Part shown: positions 31,429 to 38,762 of the stretch, piece by piece
How positions within the stretch are numbered: the first letter of the stretch is position 1
Layout: every line of letters starts with the position of its first letter
Source: Planctomycetota bacterium
GTDB taxonomy: Bacteria > Planctomycetota > Phycisphaerae > Sedimentisphaerales > Anaerobacaceae
Assembly (NCBI GenBank): GCA_012517265.1
Contig: JAAYVJ010000109.1
Location: forward strand, 1-38,762
Length of the DNA: 38,762 nt
Direction: 5' to 3'
Notes under the pieces: model-generated
The model's database searches: none
What the model was told of the DNA's origin: nothing
What the model saw: the letters and a program-made list of their open reading frames with translations, nothing else
Translations under genes and position numbers: made by a program

Positions 31429-33360
31429 ATGGCCAAGTCCGAAGACAAGACAATGGAAGCCTCGCACAGGAAGCCCCGGATTCCCGGCCTTCTCATGCTC
31501 CTGCCCTTCTTCGCTCTCTCCTTCGTCTATTTGTGGCTGGTCGTGGAGCCGCGACTGATCTACTACACCATGGGCACGATCCTGTCCGACGCGCCCCAGT
31601 TTGCGACCGGCCGGGCGTTCCTGAGCGAGTCTCTGAATGCGCCGGCCGGACTGCTCGCCTACGCCAGCGGGTTCCTGTCGCTCGGGTTCTACTGCTCCTG
31701 GCTCGGCGCGGTCATCATCGTCCTGGCTGGCGTCGGCCTGACCGAGTTGACTCGCAGACACCTGGCCAAAGCGGGCTTGCCCAAGGCCGCCGGCCTGGCT
31801 GCCCTTCCGGCAATCGCGATGTTCCTGCTCTACGGCCACTACAGGCACCCCCTGCCCATGTGCCTGGCGGTTTCGTTCGGGCTGCTTCTGGCCCCGCTCT
31901 TCGAGGATCTGCCGGCCCGACGAACCCCGGTTCGCCTGGCTTGGTTCTGCCTTCTGGCCGCCGTCGCGTTCTGGCTCGCCGGCTCAGGGGCGCTCCTGAC
32001 GCTGGCCCTCATGGCCGTGATCCATGGGGGGTTCGGCCGCCGGGACTGGCTTGCGGCGGCTTTCCTGCCGATCGGCGCCGCAATCGCCTGGACGCTCTCG
32101 GAGTACCTGTTCCTGATCTCCGCCCGCCAGGGGTTCATCGCCTGGACGCCCCTGGAACGCTCGGCGACCGTCGGCCTGGGTCTGTTCCCCAAGACGTTGA
32201 TGCTCCTTCTCTACGTCTTCACGCCTCTGGCCGCGATGGCGACGCACATGGTCAGCCCCCTCCTGGCCATGTGGCGGCGGAAGCCTGTCACCAAACGCAA
32301 GCATGACAAGGATAAATCAAAACACGCTGCCACCGAGCGGAAGAGGTTCCCCCTCGCGGCGTTGGCAAGACCGATTCTGGCGGCCCTTCCGGTTGCACTG
32401 CTGGCCTTGGGTCTGTACTTCGACCGCGACGAGCTGCGAAAGCCCTATGTCCTGTCCAACTATTACTGGTCCCAGAAACAATGGGACAAGATCGTCGAGT
32501 TGGCCGCACGCCTGCCCAAGAGCAAGAGCAACGTCTTCGTGAACCACGACATCCTCCGGGCCCTCTACCACACCGGGCGGCTCCCCTACGACATGTTCCG
32601 CTTCCCCCTGGTCCCGGAGGCGATCCTCCTGACGCACGAGAACAGTGAATCCGACCTGACGCAGTTGAAGCTCAGCGACATCTTCCTGGAGCTGGGCCAC
32701 GTCAACATGGCCCAGAAGCTGGCGTCGGAACTGGTCGCGACGAAGGGGCACCCCAGCGCCGCGATCGAAAAGCTGGCTTGGGTGCACATCATCAAGGGGC
32801 AACCCTCTGCGGCCCGGGTCTACCTGAACGCCCTGAAGGAGGACCCCATCTACCGCCGGAGGGCCCGGTCCATGCTCGACGCCCTGGATGGGGGATTTAC
32901 GGCCGATCAGATCGCGTTCATCGACAGGATTCGCCCGTCCCTGGGCGACGAGGCTGCCGGGGTGACCGGGGCCGAACCCGTCGATCAGACGCTGACCGCC
33001 CTGCTGCGGCGCAACCCCGCCAACAGGATGGCCTTCGAGTACCTCATGGCCTGCTACCTGGTGACCGGCCGGGTGGACAAGATCGTGGAGAATGTGGACC
33101 GGCTCGGGGACCTTGGGTACGCGAGGATCCCGACCCTCTACGAGGAAGCCATCCTGATCCACTACGGAATCCAGGGCAAGGGCGCCCCTCCGGCTCGGCT
33201 GAACATAAGCCCTGACACACTCCGAAGATACGAGCGATTCGCCCAGATCAGGAACTCGATGGGCCCCCAGAACCAACAGGCGGCATTCAATCTCCTGATC
33301 CGCGAGTTCGGCACCAGCTACTTCTTCTACTACTCGTTCGGGCGGGTCGGCCTGGTCTGA
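31429..33360 (+). CDS. polytopic membrane protein with a C-terminal helical-repeat (TPR-like) domain; possibly DUF6057-like
   Basis: 643 aa. There are about 8-9 TM helices in the first 290 aa, then a basic linker (RRKPVTKRKHDKDKSKH), one more TM helix, and about 300 aa of alpha-helical repeat sequence. Length and layout recall DUF6057, but this is from memory and unverified. It begins 24 nt after the upstream gene. Confidence 0.6.
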   Translation: MAKSEDKTMEASHRKPRIPGLLMLLPFFALSFVYLWLVVEPRLIYYTMGTILSDAPQFATGRAFLSESLNAPAGLLAYASGFLSLGFYCSWLGAVIIVLAGVGLTELTRRHLAKAGLPKAAGLAALPAIAMFLLYGHYRHPLPMCLAVSFGLLLAPLFEDLPARRTPVRLAWFCLLAAVAFWLAGSGALLTLALMAVIHGGFGRRDWLAAAFLPIGAAIAWTLSEYLFLISARQGFIAWTPLERSATVGLGLFPKTLMLLLYVFTPLAAMATHMVSPLLAMWRRKPVTKRKHDKDKSKHAATERKRFPLAALARPILAALPVALLALGLYFDRDELRKPYVLSNYYWSQKQWDKIVELAARLPKSKSNVFVNHDILRALYHTGRLPYDMFRFPLVPEAILLTHENSESDLTQLKLSDIFLELGHVNMAQKLASELVATKGHPSAAIEKLAWVHIIKGQPSAARVYLNALKEDPIYRRRARSMLDALDGGFTADQIAFIDRIRPSLGDEAAGVTGAEPVDQTLTALLRRNPANRMAFEYLMACYLVTGRVDKIVENVDRLGDLGYARIPTLYEEAILIHYGIQGKGAPPARLNISPDTLRRYERFAQIRNSMGPQNQQAAFNLLIREFGTSYFFYYSFGRVGLV

Positions 33361-33855
33361 GCGAGTTGCCTCACTCCATCGACGTACCTGATCCGCAAAG
33401 CGTCCGAGAAAATGACTTGCAGATCGCGGTGCAATCTGATAGAAAAAAGATTGGACTGTCGGAAGTACCCTTTCTGTGCTTGGAACGGTCTGAGGCGCGC
33501 ACGGGCCGTTTTCAAGCGATCGGACGGGGTTCACAATACATGTCAAGTATTGTCGCAAGAGGACTGGGTGCCGCGTGCCCTTCAATGTGCACGACAGAGG
33601 TAGGGAGCAACGTAGGCGAGTTTGCCGCATTTCGGGCTCTTTCTGCCTCTTGTCTCCTAGGTCGGTCTTCAGGAAGGAGGTGATTCAGCCGATACAATCC
33701 CACGAAAACCGAGGAGGAGGATAGTACCGGTAGGCAGCTCTGATAGTATGAATACGCAGTCAAGACAGGTTCTTTCTCCAGAAATGCGGGGGGACGCACG
33801 CCCTGATGTGTGGTCGGGGCGGTGAAGATGTGATCGTACGGGAAGGAGAGCTCCT

Positions 33856-36756
33856 ATGTTGAAAAAGTACAGCAGTCTGGTCCTTTGGGCGGGGATTCTG
33901 GCCATGACCTTCGGGGGTGCCGCATACGGCGGGTACAATCCCCTGAAGGACCCTGCAATCATCGGGTGGTGGACGTGCGATGAAGGCGCTGGCGAAGTCG
34001 TCGCCGACTCGTCCCCGCTTCACCACGACGGAAAATTCATCAATGGTTCCCCGATGTGGCGGACCGGTATCCACGGCAACGCCATCACCCTGGTCGGCCC
34101 CACGCTGGTTGAAATCCCGGCGATGGGCCTGACGCTCAGCCAGGCCACGATGGCTGCCTGGCTGTTTGCCCCCACGGCGCAGCCCGAGTGGGCATCCATC
34201 ATTATGCACCGCAGCCCCGGTCCCGCGTCCGGCTTCAACGTGCTGGCCGACCGGCAACTGGCCTATCACTGGAACGATGCCTCCAACACCTGGAGCTACC
34301 GTGGAAACGTCCTGCATCCTCTCAATGAATGGGCACACGTGGCGTTGACGGTGGCGCCGGACAAGGCCACGTTCTACCTCAATGGCGAGCAGCGAGCCGT
34401 CAACACTGTCAGCCACCCGGCCTGCGCCTGGGACGGTCCGGTTTGGCTGGGCGGCGATGGCGGCGCGTCCTGGACGGCCCGCCGCATGAACGGCGGCTCC
34501 CTCGACGATGTCTGCTTCTTCAGCCGCGCGATGACCGGCGCGGAAATCCAGGCTCTCATGATGGGCCTTTCGGACCCGGCTCTGGCCGGCGATCCGAGCC
34601 CTGCCGATGAGGCGACCGATGTGCCTGCCGACTCTGTTCTCAGTTGGAAGGCCGGCGAAACCGCCACGTCGCGGGATGTCTACTTTGGCACGTCGCTGGC
34701 AGACGTCACGGATGCCTCGCGAGCCAATCCCAAGGGCGTCCTCGTGAGCCAGGGACAGACGGCCACCACGTTCACTCCGGCAGACCTTGTGCTTGGCCAA
34801 ACCTACTACTGGCGAATCGACGAAGTCGATGCCACCGGGACGATCCTGACGGGCAGCGTCTGGTCGTTCACCGTCGAGCCGGCCGCCTATCCCATCACGG
34901 CGATCACGGCGACCGCCTCCAGCCAGAGCCGAGCCGACACCGGTCCGGAGAACACCATCAACGGCTCCGGCCTCGATGCCGCCGATCAGCACGGCGTCAA
35001 TTTGAACCAGATGTGGATGAGCTTGGACAAGCCGCTGCCCAACTGGATTCAGTATGAGTTCGACAAGACCTACAAGCTCGCCGAGCTGTGGGTGTGGAAC
35101 TCCAACCAGGTCGTCGAACCGTTCGTCGGCTTCGGGGCCAAGAATGTCACCGTGGAGTACTCCACCGACGGCGTCACCTGGACCCAGATCGAGGGCGTGC
35201 CCGAGTTCGCACAGGCCCCCGGCGCGGCCACCTGCACGGCCAACACCAAGATCGATCTTGGCGGCGTCCTGGCCAAGTTCGTCAAGCTGACCATCAACTC
35301 CAACTGGGGCGGCGTCGTCAAGCAGACCAGCCTCAGCGAGGTGCGGTTCTTCTACAAGCCGGTCCAGGCCCGCGAGCCGCAGCCGGCGGACGCCGCGACG
35401 AACGTCCTGCTGACTGCCTCGATGAACTGGCGGCCCGGCCGCGAAGCCACCTCGCACAAGGTGTTCTTCGGCACCGACAGCGATGCAGTCGCCGCCGGCA
35501 CCGCTCCGTCCAGCACTGTGACCGACCACAGCTACACCCCGGCCGCGATGACCTTCGGCACGAAGTACTTCTGGAGAGTCGACGAGGTCGGCGAGACCGG
35601 CACGTACGAAGGCAGTGTCTGGAGCTTCACCGCCCAGGAGTTCGCCCCGATCGACGACTTCGAGAGCTACACCGACGACGAAGGCAGCCGAATCTATGAG
35701 TACTGGCTCGACGGGATCGCCGACGCCGCCTTCGGCGGATCGACGATTGGCTATATGGAGGCCCCGTTCGCCGAGAGGACCGTCGTCCACGCCGGCAGAC
35801 AGGCCATGCCCTTCGCCTACGACAACACGAAGGCCCCGTACTATAGCGAGGCTGTCAAGGAGTTCAGTTCGACCCAGAACTGGACCGGCTCCGGCGCCAG
35901 CGAGTTGTGCGTCTGGACCCGCGGCCGTCCGGCTCTGACCACCACGACCGTGACCGAGACCGGCGGCAAGATGACGCTCACCGGCGGCGGCGCGGACATC
36001 TGGAACAACTCCGATGAATTCACCTACGCCTATAAGACCCTCAGCGGCGACGGCAGCCTGGTCGCTCGCGTGACCAGCACCGGCACCGGAACCCAGACTT
36101 GGGCCAAGGGCGGCGTGATGATCCGCGACAGCGTCAACGGCGGCTCGACGCATGCCATGATGGTCATCACGACCCCCGGCGCCAACGGCGCGAGCTTCCA
36201 GTATCGCTCGGCCACCAACGGCGCCTCGGGCGGCGCGGACAGCGCCGCCGTCGTGACAGTCCCGGCCTGGGTCAAGATCGAGCGGACAGGCGGCACTCTC
36301 AGCGGGTACACCTCCGCCGACGGCAAGACCTGGAGCATCGTGGGCCAGACGGTCATTGAGATGACGGACCCGGTTCTGATCGGTCTGTGCGTCACCTCGC
36401 ACCTGGCCACCGAAGAGCGGACGTACCAGTTCGAGGGCATCGCCGCCACCGGCAACGTCACGGGCAACTGGCAGGGCGCGATCATCAACGCGGCCCAGTA
36501 CAACGACCCCGCTCCGATGTACCTGACCATTACGGACAGCGCCGGCAAGTCGGCCACAGTCACCAGCAGCACGGCAGTGACCGTTTCCGAGTGGACTCGC
36601 TGGACGATCCCGATGAGCAGCCTCAACGGCGTGAACCTCGCCAAGGCCAAAAAGCTCACGATCGGCATCGGCGACAAGAACGCCACCTCCGGCGGCGCCG
36701 GCATGGTCTTCATCGACGACATCGGCTTCGGCCGCTCTGTCCCGGCGCAGCCGTAA
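33856..36756 (+). CDS. large secreted multi-domain carbohydrate-binding-type protein (LamG-like, discoidin/F5-8 type C-like, ConA-like jelly-roll modules)
   Basis: The signal peptide is MLKKYSSLVLWAGILAMTFGGAAYG. The LamG-like segment is WTCDEGAG...LDDVCFFSRAMTGAEIQALM. The discoidin-like segment is ITATASSQ...NWIQYEFDKTYKLAELWVWNSNQ...VTVEYSTDGVTW. The ConA-like segment is GGGADIWNNSDEFTY...WAKGGVMIRDS...VKIERTGGTLSGYTSADGKTW. A strong SD (GGAAGGAGAG) precedes the start. Confidence 0.85.
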   Translation: MLKKYSSLVLWAGILAMTFGGAAYGGYNPLKDPAIIGWWTCDEGAGEVVADSSPLHHDGKFINGSPMWRTGIHGNAITLVGPTLVEIPAMGLTLSQATMAAWLFAPTAQPEWASIIMHRSPGPASGFNVLADRQLAYHWNDASNTWSYRGNVLHPLNEWAHVALTVAPDKATFYLNGEQRAVNTVSHPACAWDGPVWLGGDGGASWTARRMNGGSLDDVCFFSRAMTGAEIQALMMGLSDPALAGDPSPADEATDVPADSVLSWKAGETATSRDVYFGTSLADVTDASRANPKGVLVSQGQTATTFTPADLVLGQTYYWRIDEVDATGTILTGSVWSFTVEPAAYPITAITATASSQSRADTGPENTINGSGLDAADQHGVNLNQMWMSLDKPLPNWIQYEFDKTYKLAELWVWNSNQVVEPFVGFGAKNVTVEYSTDGVTWTQIEGVPEFAQAPGAATCTANTKIDLGGVLAKFVKLTINSNWGGVVKQTSLSEVRFFYKPVQAREPQPADAATNVLLTASMNWRPGREATSHKVFFGTDSDAVAAGTAPSSTVTDHSYTPAAMTFGTKYFWRVDEVGETGTYEGSVWSFTAQEFAPIDDFESYTDDEGSRIYEYWLDGIADAAFGGSTIGYMEAPFAERTVVHAGRQAMPFAYDNTKAPYYSEAVKEFSSTQNWTGSGASELCVWTRGRPALTTTTVTETGGKMTLTGGGADIWNNSDEFTYAYKTLSGDGSLVARVTSTGTGTQTWAKGGVMIRDSVNGGSTHAMMVITTPGANGASFQYRSATNGASGGADSAAVVTVPAWVKIERTGGTLSGYTSADGKTWSIVGQTVIEMTDPVLIGLCVTSHLATEERTYQFEGIAATGNVTGNWQGAIINAAQYNDPAPMYLTITDSAGKSATVTSSTAVTVSEWTRWTIPMSSLNGVNLAKAKKLTIGIGDKNATSGGAGMVFIDDIGFGRSVPAQP

Positions 36757-36822
36757 GGTTGTGCCAGAAGCAGTGAGAGACGACGGCAACTGAGCCGTCG
36801 TCGGATCGACAAGGCAAGTTCG

Positions 36823-36861
36823 AAGGGCCTGTGCTTGAAGAGGCACAGGCCCTTTGTTTTT
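36823..36861 (+). terminator. Rho-independent terminator of the LamG/discoidin gene
   Basis: AAGGGCCTGTGC (36823-36834) pairs with GCACAGGCCCTT (36843-36854) across an 8-nt loop, followed by TTTGTTTTT. An additional hairpin, GACGACGGC/GCCGTCGTC, lies at about 36778-36801. Confidence 0.75.
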
Positions 36862-37000
36862 GCTCGCAGAAAGCGAATCGCCAGGGATGCTCGCCCCGCT
36901 GCCGCCGGTCAACCGGTCAGGTCGGCGCACAATCCAACCGCCCCGACCGGATTCATCCGGCCGCGTCGGAAGACGGGTGCGTTGCAGGCGCCGCCGGAGG

Positions 37001-38011
37001 CTACGCGCACCAGGGCCGCGACCTCTTCAAGTTCCCTGCGAGAACCTCCCTCGCGATGATCGTGTTCTCGCGGACCTGAAAGTCGAACATGCCCACGCAC
37101 AGGAAGTCCGCGCCGCCTTCGAAGGCGAACTGGAACCCCGCCTTCGGCTGCACCGCCCCGGCGGCCAGGACCTTGAACGCAATCCACGGCTCCTTCAGCG
37201 AGTTCATGTACTCGATGGTTTCCTTCGGGTTGCGGCACCACATGTTGTCGTGATAATCGTCACGATCGTCGCCGTTGGGACCGACCACATCGAACACCTT
37301 TCGGTTCTCCTGCGGCGTGGCGGACCAGTAGTTGTCCGGATGGAGGGTCTTGACCCAGAAGTCCGGCTTGAAACCCGCCTTGACGCAGGCTTTGACCGTT
37401 TCGAGGTCGTGGGCCCCGAGCCCGCCGGGCACTTTGAAGTCCTTGATGTACTCAAGCATCTCGCCCAGTGCAGCCGTCTTGCCGTCCCGGACCGCCTGGT
37501 CGGCCAGGCCGCCCTGGAGGTACACGGCGTGCGCCCCGCTATCGACCGAGCGTTTGATGCCGTCCTTGAGACTGCCGCTGGCGCAGTCGGAGATCCACTG
37601 GATCTTGCCGCCCCGCTCGTTCCAGTAGCGATTGATCACGCGGTCGGAAACGGGGTTCGTCAGAACCGTGTTGATTCCCATCTCTTCGGCCAGTTCGAAG
37701 GTCTGGAAGATCTTCTCGTCCGTGTGGTAGGCCTTGACCAGATCGGAGACGTAGATCAAGTCCCGGCTGTGGGCCCAGCCGCCGATCAGGTTGCCGCCGC
37801 AGAAGATCCGGCTGATCTTGAGATTCTTGATCTGCCCGCAGGGCATCTTCGTATCCCCCGCCTTCGGCTTGGCCGAACCCGGCTTGGCGCCCTCGGACAT
37901 CTGGGCCAACAGGTTCTGCTCCTCGAAACTGCGAAGCCCCAGAGCCACTCCGGCGCCCGTCGCCACGGACCGTTTGATGAACCCACGCCGATCAACTTGA
38001 TTCTCAGCCAT
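37001..38011 (-). CDS. twin-arginine-signal protein of unknown function
   Basis: The ATG at 38011 is preceded by GGAAGAGAGG. The N-terminus MAENQVDRRGFIKRSVATGAGVALG is a TAT signal. The remainder has an alternating alpha/beta pattern (possibly a TIM-barrel), and no family was recognised. Confidence 0.6.
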   Translation of the reverse strand: MAENQVDRRGFIKRSVATGAGVALGLRSFEEQNLLAQMSEGAKPGSAKPKAGDTKMPCGQIKNLKISRIFCGGNLIGGWAHSRDLIYVSDLVKAYHTDEKIFQTFELAEEMGINTVLTNPVSDRVINRYWNERGGKIQWISDCASGSLKDGIKRSVDSGAHAVYLQGGLADQAVRDGKTAALGEMLEYIKDFKVPGGLGAHDLETVKACVKAGFKPDFWVKTLHPDNYWSATPQENRKVFDVVGPNGDDRDDYHDNMWCRNPKETIEYMNSLKEPWIAFKVLAAGAVQPKAGFQFAFEGGADFLCVGMFDFQVRENTIIAREVLAGNLKRSRPWCA

Positions 38012-38134
38012 GATGCCTACCTCTCTTCCAGACACACAACCCCGTTGAAGAACCTACGGTCACCCCGTCCATCGTCGCAGTTCGAGACGAGAAAATCAAG
38101 AGACAAGTTCCTTCGCCCAGGGCAATCGCATGTA

Positions 38135-38746
38135 CTATTGGGTCAAGATGTTGAGCGGATGCTGGTGATCCCAAGAACAGGCTTTGGTCTTGGTTTTGAT
38201 GCCCACGTTGTAGGTCTTGTCCTTCCGCAGCAGGTTCAACGCGATGCGGCGAAGACGGCTGAAGTTCTCCGCCGCGTGGCCCCTGCGAATGCGACTGTCG
38301 TCCTCGTTGAGACTGACGTCCAGGCACCAATGCAGGTGGTTCTCGATGCCCCAGTGCCCGCGAAGGGTCCGCAGCAGGAACTCCGGCGTCGCCTGACGAA
38401 GGCTGCTGATGTAGTAGCGACGATCCACCGAACGCTTGTCCCCCACCTGGCGAGTTGACTCGATGCAGATGAATCGTGACAGACCTTTCCACTGAGAAAC
38501 ATCGCCATACCAGGCGATATCGTCGGTCGTCCACAACCGGCGTCGTTCCACACGGCCGTGACCGCCATCGACATCTTCGATGGATTCGTGTCGAACCCCC
38601 TGGCAATCCGTACGCATCCCTTCGGCCAACTGGCCCAGCACCAGTTGATTCTCCTGCGACCAGGCGCTGATCATGTGGATGGCCGCCTTCTGGTCGGCCG
38701 TATCGAAGCTGTGTCGCAAGGCCTTGCCGTCGAGGGCGATCAGATG
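38135..38746 (-). mobile_element. ISAs1-family (H-repeat-type) transposase remnant, probably degenerate
   Basis: LIALDGKALRHSFDTADQKAAIHMISAW and the C-terminal RGHWGIENHLHWCLDVSLNEDDSRIRRGHAAENFSRLRRIALNLL match ISAs1 transposase signatures. An in-frame TGA at 38747-38749 interrupts the frame just upstream, and the middle of the protein appears shortened. The N-terminal part, if present, lies beyond the window. Confidence 0.7.
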
Positions 38747-38762
38747 TCACGGGGAGTGGGCC

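Noticed and set aside
33749-33826. 25-codon ATG-initiated upstream ORF (MNTQSRQVLSPEMRGDARPDVWSGR) in the LamG leader
   Set aside because: It has no Shine-Dalgarno sequence and no recognisable peptide features. It is retained only as part of the general leader observation.
33760-36930. 1056-aa minus-strand ORF, the longest in the track
   Set aside because: It is exactly antisense to the well-supported LamG/discoidin gene. Its composition is dominated by R/G/A/D/V with no recognisable motif, signal or SD. This is the typical stop-codon-poor shadow frame of high-GC DNA.
36854-38458. 534-aa plus-strand ORF
   Set aside because: It is antisense to both the TAT-signal protein gene and the transposase remnant, with no motifs and R/L/G/D-rich composition.

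Overview
High-GC (roughly 60-65% by eye) bacterial chromosomal window. No rRNA, tRNA or CRISPR array was found. The gene families present (HYExAFE protein, a giant LamG/discoidin secreted protein, CotH and lamin-tail-domain proteins, twin-arginine signal proteins) suggest a Planctomycetota-like organism; this is inference only. All family calls come from motif recognition in the supplied translations, since no HMM or BLAST search could be run. About 33 protein genes are supported. Plus-strand block 788-11618: gpmI, mutL, a BtuFCD/Fec-type ABC importer, a DksA-like protein, yacG, a polytopic membrane protein and a CapD/PglF-type sugar dehydratase. Minus-strand block 11925-29450: xerC, a small ORF, a radical SAM protein, kdsA, a CYTH protein, leuS, then an accessory cluster (LTD protein, TolC-like, HlyD-like, DUF4956, VTC domain, CotH kinase), then the HYExAFE protein, hisS and a YkgJ-type Cys-cluster protein. 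Plus-strand block 29866-36756: a PD40/CXXCH lipoprotein, a large polytopic membrane protein with a helical-repeat domain, and a 966-aa LamG/discoidin secreted protein. Right end: a TAT-signal protein and a degraded ISAs1-family transposase. Many long ORFs in the track (up to 1056 aa) are antisense shadows typical of high-GC DNA and were rejected. Several intergenic regions carry near-consensus sigma70-type promoters. The most interesting candidate system is the CotH + VTC-domain + DUF4956 module (a split, yeast-VTC-like polyphosphate polymerase/translocase candidate). It is packed in one operon with an HlyD adaptor and a TolC channel but has no canonical inner-membrane pump, which suggests an uncharacterised trans-envelope export machine. 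Other items worth a look are a dispersed REP-like repeat, a promoter followed by a CU-rich-loop terminator (sRNA or attenuator candidate), and a PD40/CXXCH lipoprotein paired with a polytopic membrane protein.
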